64,000 nucleotides of DNA from Eledone cirrhosa (lineage: Eukaryota): the NCBI GenBank assembly GCA_964016885.1, contig OZ024746.1, positions 35,588,001 through 35,652,000 of the forward strand, read 5' to 3'. Position numbers and translations under genes: made by a program. Shown here piece after piece: positions 29,293 to 42,876 of this stretch; the first letter of the stretch is position 1; the number at the start of each line of letters is the position of its first letter. The notes below the pieces were generated by a model, which did no database searches, was not told the DNA's origin, and saw only the letters and a list, made by a program, of their open reading frames with translations.

Positions 29293-30074
29293 GTACTAAG
29301 AAACGAACTTCTCGTTCCTTGATTTAACAGAGTTTTCAAATTCCTTTCTATTCAGCATCAAGAAACCTTTTCATCGAAATTTTAAATATAGCACGTTGAC
29401 ATTTATTAATATATAAAGATGTTTCTTTGTGAATAATCCGTGATTCTTTTGTATCGTAATACCACGATTTCATTCTGTTCTCTCATATACACTTATTTTA
29501 TATTTAATCATATATCCTTTATTCACTTACATATTAGTACATTTCAAATGTTTTCACTGGTTCTTTGCCACGAGAAATATTTATGGTAATCTGTTCAAAA
29601 TGTTTTCACTAAGATATCTCCCATATCTATATTCTCGTAATTTTAAATGTGACCTTTTGAATTTTTGTTTCAATTAAGTTTTGTATTAATCGAATACATA
29701 ACTTCATACACACACATACACAGAGACACAGACATACACACACAGATCCCCCCCCCGCCCCCGACATATATATATATACACATGCACACACATTTGCACA
29801 CAGACACCAATTTATATGTAGGAAAGGGAAATGGCGTATATTCTAGATACTCCTTCTAAAGTTAGTACCGTGAGATACTGTAAGCATGGCATTTCTGGAA
29901 TAATTATTTTTAAACCAAAGCATATGTGATGAGATACTCAAACAAATGTAAAGCGTGCCTTAAATCTAAAATATACTTAATCCTAAACGGACGGTAGTCC
30001 GTTTAGTAATATTGTTGTGGTCGTGTTTTCGTTGGCTTATTACATTCCTACAATTACTACTTGCAGCTCTCTCG

Positions 30075-30111
<37 letters not shown>

Positions 30112-30118
<7 letters not shown>

Positions 30119-30608
30119 ATACTTTGGGAGGGTCATGTTGCCAATAAGAAACACACGCACCAGTAGCTTTCACTTCAATTTAATTTATTATATATTTATA
30201 AATTTGCAAATTTATAAATTTCTGGTTGGTTGGTTGGTTCCACAACCATATAGTTGTTTATATATATATAGTCATAGTTCTTTCGTCACACACTCTGTGA
30301 CCTCTTCAGTGACTGGGGATTTCTTTCTTCGTTTCTGTGCCTTTCCTTTCTTCTATCCTACGCCATTTTGAGTGTGTGACGAAAGAACTATGACTATATA
30401 TATATAAACAACTATCTGGTTGTGGAACCAACCAACCAACCAGAAATTTATAAATTTGTAAATTTATAAATATATAATAAATTAAATTGAAGTGAAAGCA
30501 ACTGGTGCGTGTGTTTCTTATTGGCAACATGACCCTCCCAAAGTATAACAATATCGGTTTCAACACACGATTTCAGATAAAGAATCTTGCCTAACAAATT
30601 CAGAAACG

Positions 30609-30612
<4 letters not shown>
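30112..30612. mobile_element. Fold-back mini-element related to the 3' end of the PLE at 15458-16545
   Basis: Arms 30112-30294 / 30370-30554, tail to 30612; shares atgaccctccc.aagtataacaatat and the tail with the 15.5-kb element; (TA)n both sides. Confidence 0.9.
30270..30314 (-). ncRNA. Minimal type I hammerhead ribozyme
   Basis: agtca-CTGAAGA-g-gtcaca gagtg tgtgac-GAAA-gaac-TA-tgact; 5-bp stem I, 6-bp stem II, CUA triplet. Confidence 0.8.
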
Positions 30613-30661
<49 letters not shown>

Positions 30662-30669
<8 letters not shown>

Positions 30670-30727
30670 ATAGAAATGGCTTCTACAGGACTAGAACTGT
30701 TTCGCAGAAGCCATTTCTATATTAAAT
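30662..30727. repeat. Very short fold-back unit next to (TA)n, related to 40378-40445
   Basis: aatatagaaatggcttct ... agaagccatttctatatt; loop is the reverse complement of gaaacagttc(c/t)agtcctgtag seen at 40405-40428. Confidence 0.7.
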
Positions 30728-31696
30728 ATTAATACTCTTCTATATATTGAGTAACTTACTTACTCTGGTTAACCCCGATTGAAACTGGGAAACAATTGCC
30801 AGCTTATCAATGTTTGCCCTTTTTGATGGTCTTGATTGTGTCTGCTGTCGAATCCAAGTATTGCCCTTCATCACAAGTAAGTTGATGCTGAGCATAATTT
30901 TCTCCAATTTTTTCGTTGAGAAAAACCACAAGGCGGCCAAAGGCAAGAAACTGAGAATATCTTACTCAATATTTCCGCCCCTCATGTTCCAACATGGCCA
31001 CAGATATGAATCGGTGGAGGTCAACCAAAGAGGTTAATACTTTCATAGCTATCGACCGCTGTTTGATGATTATTTACTTTCACCCTGAAGGTGTGCTTAT
31101 TCTCTATTTCAATTTGGACCATAAGTAGATATAAGTACATATTTTTTTCTCGTTCGAATTCTACACCTCATTATGTAGATTCTTGATGGAATCTCAAACC
31201 TTTCCGTAGAATGAAATGTTGAGGAATCCTAATTTGCCGTAGTTATATCTTCGATTTTGATTTTGGTCGTGTGTAACATTCGGGTACCAACCTACCTCAC
31301 TTGTTCTTTTCATTAAACATTGCTTATATATGTTACAGATGTCATCTCTCCAAAATATAAATGAATAGTAATTGATTGCTTGTTCATCACATCTACTTTT
31401 ACGTAAGATTTCGTTGTTATGGGGGTGTTTCTGGATTTTAGAGATGCAGAATCTTGGTGGAAAACGATACAAAGGGAATGACTTTGAGAAATTGAACAGG
31501 CTTGATCGGACCTAAAGTTGCATCTCATGAGGAGAGGGACTGGCTTTGAGGTTGCATATAATGTATACTTTTTGGTGCACCCTCATCTGTCGTTCGCGGT
31601 GAGAATGTCCATGTTATGCGCACACACACACGCACATGCACACACATATACACACACACATACATATATATATGTATACACGTAAATACATACATG

Positions 31697-31732
<36 letters not shown>

Positions 31733-31741
31733 AATATATAT

Positions 31742-31903
31742 ATTAATATTGAAGTTTAAGCAAAGAATCGCTTAAGGTGAAAGCAGCGATTCTTTGCTTA
31801 AATTTTATCTGTTATTTTAATAAATATTTGCTCTACGGTTCTTTTTTTTTTATATATATTTATCTTTATCTCTTTGGATTTTAGTCTTCACATTTATTAT
31901 TAT

Positions 31904-31908
<5 letters not shown>
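31742..31908. repeat. Short fold-back unit with tail; same family at 32892-33078 and 45030-45096
   Basis: tttaagcaaagaatcgct...agcgattctttgcttaaa hairpin; tail 31800-31905 is the reverse complement of 32892-33000. Confidence 0.75.
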
Positions 31909-31954
<46 letters not shown>

Positions 31955-32734
31955 TACATATATACCACAACTAGTTGGGGTTATGAGAAATCAAGAGTAA
32001 TCGTAGACTCGACCCTCGACCCTCGAAAGGAGGACACATTGTGATGATTACATCATGATATAAACGGTGTTTTCCATAGAACATGCATGATATATCCACA
32101 GCACACATATATTGAATAGCTACAAAGATATATAAACATATGCACCAATTGTGAATATATTATATACGCCACAATGTTTCCCTAATAATCATAAAGAACA
32201 TTGAAATATCTGTAAAATTTTAACTTTACACACGTAAACTGTATAACGTGAACAAAACGGAATTTCTGCATTGAAATAGGTATATGCAAATTTAGATCTA
32301 CTTTTTGATATGTTTTATTTTTTAAAATTAACTTCTAGATTATATGCCATTTCATGTAAATATATGCCATAATATGCAGCCTATTTTCATAGAGAATGAA
32401 ATATAACACCAAAATATAAAAGAATTGTTATCGACAAAAGCAAATATTATTTTGTTTTCAAGTCAGTAATGTGAAAAGGAAGTCGAAAAGAAAACATGAG
32501 GCGATGTTATCGTGTAAAGATATTTAACGCGAATACAAAATATTTGAACTTCTAAATGAATATTCATAGATGTGTATATGTCATTTATTTGATTTCATCT
32601 ACATACAACAAAACTATTTTACAATTATACATATATATATACATATATACATATATACACCCCAACCCCGTATATATATTTAATGGATGTATATATATAA
32701 GTATAGAGCACGTATGCATATATTCTAGTTTATA

Positions 32735-32769
<35 letters not shown>

Positions 32770-32805
32770 AGTTTACACACACATGCACATGCACAAAAGC
32801 GTACA

Positions 32806-32900
<95 letters not shown>

Positions 32901-33071
32901 TAATAAATTTGAAAACTAAAATCCAAAGAGGGCTTGTTAAGGATAAATATATATAAAATATATAAGAACCGTAGAGCAAATATTTATTAAAATAACAGAT
33001 TAAACTCAGAGTTTCAGAAGATCCCGTTAAGGGTGAAAGCACCGATTCTTTGCTTAAACTTTAATCTGTTA

Positions 33072-33157
<86 letters not shown>

Positions 33158-33174
33158 CTTGATCACCTTGACCT

Positions 33175-33555
33175 ACCATATATATATTATAAAGCTGCCG
33201 GCCGTATGTATGCAACAAACTTTTCGCCAAACGGCTGGACCAAAATCCACAAAATTTGCACCATAGATGTAGCTTTTTCCAAGTAAGAAAGTGAATATAT
33301 TTGTGTCTTCTAAAAGATTAAAGATATTTTATCGTTTATTTAAATATTCACTTCGTTAAAATGTTCAAATGTTAACATTCCTCGCTCTTTCTTAGTCTGT
33401 CTTTTTTTATATGTCTCTGTATGTCTGGCTGTCTGCATTAGATACATAGCTATAACGTCGCACGCTTATAATATATGTCTGCCTGTCTGCATTGACTTTG
33501 TTTCTAACCAACTTTTAATTAATTCAGTGCAAAGATACCGCACGCCAGCTCAATA
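33175..33555 (+). mobile_element. Probable non-autonomous Helitron derivative
   Basis: 5' tatatattataaagctg..cgtatgtatg..aaacggctggaccaaaatc..aaaatttgcac pattern typical of animal Helitron derivatives; 3' gcaaag..ccgcacgccagct. Confidence 0.45.
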
Positions 33556-33574
33556 ATTATATATATATATATAT

Positions 33575-33641
<67 letters not shown>

Positions 33642-33947
33642 GTAATTTATGTATTTTCTGATACTTGTAATTTCCATTATGGTTGTACAAATTATTGTAA
33701 AGTTTGTTAAAAAATGTGTTCTCTGTTCAGCCTTTATTGTTGCTTAACTATCAATTATCTTTAACGTACTGGCTGCTGAACAGGGGAATTCTAAAAGCTA
33801 TTCAAACCCAACATTAGAGCACGTTAACGCCCACCCTCGCTAACTTGAGAGGGCTTGCGGTATCTTTGCACTGGAGTGGAGGGGGGGATTCCTGAAAAGA
33901 TAATATGTCGGTATACCTAGCAGGCGGCCAGCCGGACCGGCCAAGGA

Positions 33948-33981
<34 letters not shown>

Positions 33982-34483
33982 AACGTATGATTCAATTTAA
34001 CATACTTTTCTTCATAACAACGTGTTCCACGCGTTCCTTACTTGAACAGCTCGATATCCACACGTTAATTAGACGCATAGAAGATCAGATTCAAAATATG
34101 ATCATCTGGACACTATTTTTTTTCTGAACTATGCATCTAATGAGCAAATCGACCACTGAGGCATGCCGATCGCAATCGATTAAGCTCTTGATGGTCATTT
34201 GTGAAACATAACATACGCGTGAATAGGAATAGAATACGGTAAACTGATACCTTGTTTAATTTTACTGATTATAAACTCTCCTCAAATTATTACAACAAGC
34301 AGATGACGCTGTGGATATACATTTTCAATGTGAAACATTGTATTCATGTAATAACAGTGAATCTGTTAGCTGCTGTACCTACAGTAATGTAATAATAGAA
34401 TAGCAACCAGTTGATTAAATCAATCTTACCTATATAAACACGCACACATACATACATACTCGTACACCGACGCCACACACACA

Positions 34484-34548
<65 letters not shown>

Positions 34549-34549
<1 letters not shown>

Positions 34550-35333
34550 GCTTATGCTAACAGAATAACTATGTAGCTTGTTCCCTTCCTCTCTACGGTT
34601 AGCTCTCCTCTTTGTTGTTTACTTGTCTCACTCGCTTTACGCGTTTTAATTGTCCTAATAACTTAATTTAGTTATTATTGCACCGACGTGAGGTATATGA
34701 TTTTTAATGCAATGAAATATCTATGATCGTCGGCAAATCACTGATGAGGGACTCATTTTATTACATGTTATCCATGTGCAACCTGCAGTATTCTTCTCCC
34801 CATTTTTTCACATATATTTACCTAAACTGCGATTCTGTTTTTTTCTCTCTCTCTCTATCTTACTGCTCCCTCGTTCTCTCTGTTTCTCCTACTTTCTTTC
34901 GCCCCCTCTGTCATGTCAGTTAACTCTTCCTCACACTTCCACTCACTCACTCACTGTTTCTCCCCTTCTCACTTCACCCCGTTCGCGTCGAAAACATTTT
35001 CTCTCTTTCTCACATTTGGATTCATCCCGAAAGGTCTTTTTTCTAAGCGCTCATATATTCACCTAGCTTATGCTAACAGAATAACTATGTAGCTTGTTCC
35101 CTTCCTCTCTACGGTTAGCTCTCCTCTTTGTTGTTATCTTGTCTCACTCGCTTTACGCGTTTTAATTGTCCTAATAACTTAATTTAGATATTATTGCACC
35201 GACGTGAGGTATATGATTTTTAATGCAATGAAATATCTATGATCGTCGGCAAATCACTGATGAGGGACTCATTTTATTACATGTTATCCATGTGCAACCT
35301 GCAGTATTCTTCTCCCCATTTTTTCACATATAT
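34549..35333 (+). mobile_element. Non-coding unit with ~268-bp direct terminal repeats (pLTR-like partial tandem) between (TA)n tracts
   Basis: 34549-34816 is repeated nearly identically at 35064-35333 (period 515). Confidence 0.8.
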
Positions 35334-35737
35334 ATATATATATATATGAAGGCGCATTGCTTAATGGTTAGAGCGTTGGTCATGCACATTGAGATTGTGA
35401 ATTCAATGATATGTTGTCTTCTTGAACTGTATTTCGCAATGTTTCTTAGGAATGAATTGCCACGTCTCTGGTGCCATGATATAGCGGCATTTGACATCTC
35501 CATTTGACAACATTTGTGGCTTGCCTCTCCTCTCTCTTTCTCTCTCTTTCCTCCTTCATATAATCTTTCTCCCTTATCCTTTCATTCTTTTTTCTTTTTC
35601 CCACCTCATCTTCCTTACCCTCTCCCCTTCCTTTCCTTTTTCCAATCTCCTATATTCTTTTAATTTTATTTATCACATGTTGTTTGGACACTACCTTGCT
35701 CACAAGTGTATTTTTTAAGCTTCATATCATGTCTCCC

Positions 35738-35808
35738 TATTTTATCTGATGAGAACGCAAATATCATCCCTGGATGATATTTGTTTTTGAAATGCGCATA
35801 ATAAAATA
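35738..35808 (+). ncRNA. Minimal type I hammerhead ribozyme, family shared with 56317-56387
   Basis: tattttat-CTGATGA-gaacgcaaatatcatcc ct ggatgatatttgttttt-GAAA-tgcgca-TA-ataaaata; perfect 8-bp stem I, palindrome TGCGCA. Confidence 0.85.
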
Positions 35809-35828
35809 CATGGAACTTGTTTAACCAT

Positions 35829-35870
<42 letters not shown>

Positions 35871-35875
<5 letters not shown>

Positions 35876-36450
35876 CTTCAAAATATTAATAAATATAGAC
35901 ATTCATGTGATCAAATATATTTTATAATACATATTTCAGAGGTACTGAGCTATTTCAACTGTACGTCCTCATCATATAAAATAAATTGATGTTTGACATA
36001 CCTTGACTGTGTTGGTGGTTAAAATTTAGCCATGGCAATGATTAGTTATGACAAAACTCAATATGTATATACTTAAGTTAAAACATGAAACATTACATAT
36101 AATACAGAGGGTACGTATGTATTGTATGTAATTTTTCATGTTTCAACTTAAGGTATACAAATATTGAGTTTTGTCATAACTAATCTCTGCCATGGCTGGA
36201 TTCTAACCACCAACACAGTCAAGGTATGTCAGACTTCAATTTATTTTATCTGATGAGTACGTACTGTTAAAATAGCTCAGTACCTCTGAAATATGTATAA
36301 TAAAATATATTTGATCACATGAATGTCTATATTTATTAATATTTTGAAGTAATATTAATAACTCCAGAAAACCTCTTTGTAGAGTGCTTCTAATCTATTG
36401 TAAATCTTTAACCATTGATTAGTTCATTGAACCTTGTTAAACTTTTAATT
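35871..36450. mobile_element. Fold-back mini-element with hammerheads; single-arm relative at 37910-38105
   Basis: Arms ~35871-36105 / 36118-36354, tail to 36450. Hammerhead 36242-36307 (+): tattttat-CTGATGA-gtacgtactg...cagtacctct-GAAA-tatgta-TA-ataaaata. Confidence 0.85.
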
Positions 36451-36807
36451 ATATATATATAATAAGATCGATTGCCTGCTTCAACTGCCTGACCCTGCAA
36501 ATATCATTCTGACGCACTCTAATCATGTATAAATAAGACACGCGTGCATGCTACACGTGAGATTGTTTCATACACAGACTACTCTAAACTTTCCTCTTGC
36601 TTTATCTTCATAGACTGCCAACGCTTCATGTTTATCTTTATTTTCATTTTTGTTTTTACTTTTATTTTTATCCTGTAACCAGTATATGTAAATTGCCATG
36701 CTATATCATTTGATGAATGTCACCCCACTGTTGATCAATATGCGCATATGTTTTATATGTCTCTTGGGTTGAAAAGGAGGTCAATTATGTTATAGATCAG
36801 TAAATAG

Positions 36808-36856
36808 TTGCTCCGAAGAATCCAAACCTCGGTTTGGAGGAAACAATTGTAAGCAA
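36808..36856 (+). ncRNA. Minimal hammerhead with C at core position 4
   Basis: ttgct-CCGAAGA-a-tccaaac ctcg gtttgga-g-GAAA-caattg-TA-agcaa; all stems intact; homologous to the arms at 1.8-2.9 kb. Confidence 0.75.
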
Positions 36857-37025
36857 ATAAATGACTTAAACTGAACTTTGATTATTGTAATCTCTCTCTC
36901 TCTATATATATATAATGATCAAATGTTAATAATATTCATTGATTACTCAATGAATATAGTTTTAAAATAGACTCAATCCACAAGCACGCATGGGAAGAAG
37001 GCAGTGTGACAAACCTATATATATA

Positions 37026-37233
37026 TAGAAGTTGGGCCAGAGTTCATAAATCACTTGATTATTTACACATTATATATAAATTAAAAAAACCTGTGCGGCA
37101 TATTAAGATACACAGATATAAATTAAGGAACCTGCTAAGCATATTAAGATATAAAATGATAAATTGAATACAATAACAACAAAATAAGCAATTTAAGAAA
37201 TATAACTAACAAGCGAGCCATGAATTCTGGCCC

Positions 37234-37239
<6 letters not shown>
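37026..37239. mobile_element. Tc1/mariner-type MITE
   Basis: TIRs tgggccagagttcat..tcacttgatta / taacaagcga..atgaattctggcccacccta within TA runs. Confidence 0.65.
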
Positions 37240-37286
<47 letters not shown>

Positions 37287-37292
<6 letters not shown>

Positions 37293-37852
37293 ATGCTTTG
37301 GGTGGGTCATGTTGCCAATAAGAAACACACGCACCAGTTGTTTCACTCCAATTTATTATAAATTAAATTTATAAATTTAAGAATTTATAAATTTCCGGTT
37401 GGTTGGTTGGTTCCACAACCGGATGGTTGTTCATATATTGTCAAAGTTCTTTCGTCACACATTCTGTGACTTCTTCAATGACTGGGGATTCTTTTTTTTT
37501 TCTTTGTTTTTGTGCCTCTCGCCATCTTGTTTTTCTGAAAAACAAGATGGCGTAGGACAGAACAAAGGGGAGGCACAAAAACAAAGAAAATAATCACCAG
37601 TCACTGAAGAGGCCACATAATGTGTGACGAACGAACCTTGACAATATATGAACAACCATCCGGTTGTGGAACCAACCAACCAACCGGAAATTTATAAATT
37701 CTTAAATTTATAAATTTAATTTATAATACATTGGAGTGAAAGCAACTGGTGCGTGTGTTTCTTATTAGCAATATGACCCTCCCAAAGCATAACAATATCG
37801 GTTTCAACACACGTTTTCAGATAAAGAATCTTGCTAAAGAAATTCAGAAACG

Positions 37853-37856
<4 letters not shown>
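37287..37856. mobile_element. Fold-back mini-element, same family as 30112-30612
   Basis: Arms 37287-37535 / 37537-37798 centred on tttttc-t-gaaaaa; degenerate hammerheads 37440-37483 (-) and 37599-37642 (+); tail to 37856. Confidence 0.9.
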
Positions 37857-37911
<55 letters not shown>

Positions 37912-38873
37912 CAAAATATTAATAAATGAAGACGTTCACATAATCAAAATATATGTTTTATTATATATATTTCGGAGGTACTGTGCTGTTTTTTCAGTAC
38001 GTCCTCATCCGATAAAATACATAAATTGATGTACGACATACCTCAACTGTCTTGATGGTTTAATTTCAGTCTTGGCAGTGATTTATTACAGCAAAACTCT
38101 ATGTTTATACACCACAAGAAGGAATAACATGACAAACTAAATATGATGAAGAGAGAGCAGGAAGTAGCTGCAGAAATCTGGGCTTGGGCTCACGCTGTTG
38201 TGTGTCCATGTGAGCGTGTTTGTCAGGGTGTCTGTGGTATGCTGTTTAAAACACACCTTGTAAACGGATAAAAACTTTGTCGGAGATTATAACGAAGTCT
38301 AAACAATGTGTTCCATCTTTTAGAAGATAAATATACCGCAGGACATTACGCATTACGATAATCTGGAATAAAATGGGAACCACATAGCGAACGGTTTTTG
38401 AAATTAAAGGAAGGTGGAACAAAAGTCATCCAGATCTTAAAAATAGTGAGCTATACTGCAGAACCGGATATATGGATTCAACATCTCTGTTGTCACCTAC
38501 AAACTGTTTGTTTAAAAAACGTTTCTTTGTAAGGGGTATACCCTCAATTTGCTTAGTCCTCAAATTAGTGAGACGAAATCATATTTAATCAGAGCTCAGT
38601 GATGGGCACATTTCCAATGAGATTGATTCTATCTACAGAATAGTAATATCAGTTAGCAAAAAAATCCACACGAATGCAACGAAATTATCATCTCACCATT
38701 TTCGAGAATGAGAATAGATGTAACAGGTGTTTTAGACGCAAAAGAATTTAATATGGGATGAAACGGGGGGGGGGGGTGAAACTGAATCGTTTCAAAGTGA
38801 CGAACGAATAAATTGTTTATACACAAAAACCAATCCTTCACATGCTCACTCATGTAGCTGCACACACATACAA

Positions 38874-38874
<1 letters not shown>

Positions 38875-38965
<91 letters not shown>

Positions 38966-38968
38966 ACA
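38875..38968. repeat. (CA)n microsatellite
   Basis: Direct reading. Confidence 0.95.
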
Positions 38969-39343
38969 CCATATACGTATGGTGTTTGTTGTTATATTAG
39001 TATATATATATATAACCAAATGTATATTTATATGCATTTAGACACACACACACGTTTATATATATATATATTCAGGTTTAAGGTTCACCACTGGTTAGAG
39101 CTGGTCAATTCCGTATGGTCAAATTTAATGTAATAATATGGAGAGTACTCAACGTAAAGCAGTTCAACCGTCTTTGTTTTTGTAGTTAGGGGTGCTAGTA
39201 CGGAGTTAAATATTATAATGAAATGACAGGAGGCTGGACTTAATGTAATAATATGGAGAATTCTCAAAGTAAAGCAGGTCAAGCGGGTCTACGATTTTCA
39301 GCCCCATGGATTTTATCTATTACATTCACTTATTATATTTCGA

Positions 39344-39401
39344 ATACCTGATGATATCACCGGATTCATACGGAACCCGGCCATTGGAATGATCATAGTA
39401 T
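39344..39401 (+). ncRNA. Degenerate minimal hammerhead
   Basis: atac-CTGATGA-...ccgg...ccgg...-GGAA-tgatca-TA-gtat; palindrome TGATCA; GAAA mutated to GGAA. Confidence 0.55.
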
Positions 39402-39460
39402 AATAAACCTTTCAAGGATCTACACAAGTCCAGTTTCCTATCATTTCATTATTATATATG

Positions 39461-39538
<78 letters not shown>

Positions 39539-39741
39539 GATAATTTAATATATCAACTAACATAAGCGCACAGATGCACGCCCATGTCACCAAATACACA
39601 GGTTATGTCATAGTGCCTAGGTGGTTCAATGCAGGAGGATGCAGAACAATAATATAAAAGACGTAAAATAAGAAAATCTTTTTCAAAAAATTTAAAAAAA
39701 TGTTTTTTCCTACTTACTTAAATGTAATATATATATATATA

Positions 39742-40016
39742 CCCAGACTCAGAAGCTCCCGCGTCTTGCGACGCATGAGGCAATCATAGTGTTCCACCAC
39801 GTTCGGTCAGCAGCCAGTTGCACAGCATTCCGCCATTGTCTGTTTGTCTCATCGCAGCTCCCTCTCAACAGTTTGTCGTCAGATCATTTTGGGTCGCCCT
39901 CTCCGTCTGTTTCCCTGTGGGTTCCATTTAAGTACTTGGTTCTCCAGTCTCTCCGGGGGAAGTCTCAAAGCGTGCCCAAACCAGCCCAGGCGTCGCTTGC
40001 AGATGGCAGAAGAGAC
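39742..40016 (-). mobile_element. RTE-clade LINE 3' fragment
   Basis: Minus strand: CKRRLGWFGHALRLSPERLENQVLKWNPQGNRRRGRPK. Confidence 0.85.
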
Positions 40017-40047
40017 TATATATATACATATATAGTATAATATAATA

Positions 40048-40235
40048 TAATTATTTCTACTTTAGGCACAATGCCAGCTATTATCCAGTGCATTACTGGC
40101 ACTTTATTGTATCGCCCCCGTAAGGATGAAAGGCAAAGTTAACCGCGGCAGGATTTGAACTCGGAATGGCAAGGGCCGTAACACTATACGTCAAAGCGTG
40201 GCGTCCGACCCTCTACCAATACTGGCAATCCACCG

Positions 40236-40238
<3 letters not shown>
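40048..40238 (-). mobile_element. tRNA-derived SINE, same family
   Basis: ccccgtaaggatgaaaggcaaagttaaccgcggcaggatttgaactc...ggcaatccaccgcc. Confidence 0.9.
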
Positions 40239-40290
<52 letters not shown>

Positions 40291-40520
40291 TATTTATATA
40301 CATACATAAATATATATATATATATATATAATAGTATAATATAATATAATATTATATATATATATATATGTATATACAGGGAATCCTGATGATTTCTAAA
40401 GAATGAAACAGTTCCAGTCCTGTAGAATCTCCACTATATTGAAACTTTTATACTCTGCTATGTATTGAGTACCTTACTTACTGTGGTTACCTCCGATTCA
40501 ACCCGGAATAACGTATATAT

Positions 40521-40602
<82 letters not shown>

Positions 40603-40634
40603 GTATATATATATATGATATATACATATGTATC

Positions 40635-40824
<190 letters not shown>

Positions 40825-40893
40825 TAAATATGTGTGTATGCATATGCAGTTATATATATATCTTTCTCTCTCTCTATATATATATATATATAT

Positions 40894-41408
40894 CTAAGGC
40901 GGGTAAAATTCCCGAGATCCATGGACGAGTTCTCTCCAGCGGTCTCTGTCCCTCATTATCGCTGCCATATCCTGCATCTCCAACAGACCAGTGTCTGTCC
41001 TTAGGGCATCAACATATGTTAACCTTGGTCTTCCTCTTCTAGTGTGTCCATGTAGGGGCTCCCAAAGGAGCCCTGAGTGCAATGTCAACTCTGGATGTCG
41101 GTGAGCATGTCCAGCCAACCTCAGTCTCCTCTGTGTCACTTTTGAGCTGACTTTTGGGATGCTCCCATACAGCTCTGAGTTTTTCATCCTCAGTGTATAC
41201 TGATTAATGTTCAGAACCATCCTCAGCATTCTCGTGTAGCACCCATCCACCATCTGAGTGAGTCTCTTAGTCAGTGTCCAAGTCTCAGACCCATACAGCA
41301 ACACAGACTCCACTACAGCAATGAAGAGGCGGATTTTCAGGTCTCTACGAAGGTCCAACTTCCACACGGATCTCAAGCTGTGACACGCCGCCAGGCCTTG
41401 CTCTGGAT
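40894..41408 (-). mobile_element. RTE-clade LINE 3' fragment (RT C-terminal domain), reading frame intact
   Basis: KIRLFIAVVESVLLYGSETWTLT...CYTRMLR...RRLRLAGH...LLWEP..G...RGRP; bounded by (TA)n. Confidence 0.9.
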
Positions 41409-41412
41409 ATAT

Positions 41413-42345
41413 ATATATATCATAAAACATGTCTATAGAATCACCAGATAAAATATATACCGTTTCCTCTACCAATTACCATAATTAACTATATACAAAA
41501 TCAATTAGACCAAGCTGTAAGAATAAAGGTTCCTATGAAGAAATCTCCGACAAATAACCGAAAGCAGACCCTTCGTGGCGGTTACGACGGTTCATTTATC
41601 GAATATTTCGACAGCATATATAAATCGACTAGATATACAGTCAACTAAACAGAATTAGATGTAAAATAAACTAGAAGAAAAGTGTACATATTTAATTACC
41701 TCTACCATGGTTTCATCCGCATTTTAAGATATCCGATAACATTGGATGTTACATATATATATATGTAAACCTTTATATGTAACAATCTTCCGTTAGGTTG
41801 AGATCCTTTCTAACTTGACTGCTGCCACCTCACGATTCTTAGCCATTTTTTTATGTATTCTTGGCGCGATCACTTTGGAAAATTAATTGTCTAAATTTGA
41901 GCTAACTTCCTGAAGAATCCGAAGCTCTAGATATCCAATGTTATCGAATGTCTACAAATGCGGATAAAACCATGGTAGAGGTAATTAAATATGTACACTT
42001 TTCTTCTAGTTTACTTTACACCTAATTCTGTTTAGTTGACTGTATATCTGGTCGATTTATACATGTTGTCGAAATATTCGATAAATGATCCGTCGTAACC
42101 GCCACGAAGGGTCTGCCTTCGGTTATTTGTCGGAGATTTCTTCATAGGCGGCTTTATTCTTACAGCTTAGTTTAATTGATTTTGTATATGGTTAATTATG
42201 CTAATTGGGAGAGGAAACGGAATATATTTTATCTGCTGATTCTATAGACATGTTTTATGATATATAGCTCTCATTATTTAAAGTATTAATTCTTCATTGA
42301 GCCACAAAGTGACCCCTTGCAAAACACATATATATTTATGACTTT
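41413..42345. mobile_element. Fold-back element from a Naiad-like 3' UTR (relative at 45640-45925)
   Basis: Arms 41413-41747 / 41929-42265, tail to 42345. Hammerhead 41906-41981: cttc-CTGAAGA-atccg...cggat-(A)AAA-ccatgg-TA-gagg; the minus arm retains GAAA. Confidence 0.85.
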
Positions 42346-42365
42346 ATATATATATATATGTAAAC

Positions 42366-42436
<71 letters not shown>

Positions 42437-42811
42437 GCCTGGCACTTGAACTAAAAGCCCGTTGAGAAACTGACTTCCTTGTTCAATCATCTTGCCAGAA
42501 GCCTAACGTTATTTGTCTAAGCGGACAGTACTTGATTTAGGAGTCGTAGAAACCCAAATGGTGGATTTTTACCAACCATCCAGGGGTCCGCGTAAATTTG
42601 TCAATCACATTTTTTCATTTGTTTGACCCGAGTTACTTGGTTGTTTCTATGGCTGTGCGGATAATGGTTTAACCATCGTCTCAGTGTGTTTGGCCTTTTA
42701 ACGTATGTTGTAGCTCTGGTTCGTTAGAATTATTGAGCGCTTGCCACACATCTCTGAAGTTTATTTTCGGTGATTTCCAAAGCCGAAATACGATTCTCGC
42801 TAATTTATATT

Positions 42812-42876
<65 letters not shown>

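Noticed and set aside
30730-31620. Higher-complexity stretch that might be an exon or transposase relic (similarly 38150-38640, 42435-42810, 60780-61560)
   Set aside because: Multiple stops and no recognisable motif.
40376-40428. Hammerhead CTGATGA-t-ttct aa agaa-t-GAAAC...GTC
   Set aside because: Stem I does not pair next to the core (ggaatc intervenes); kept only as a relic.
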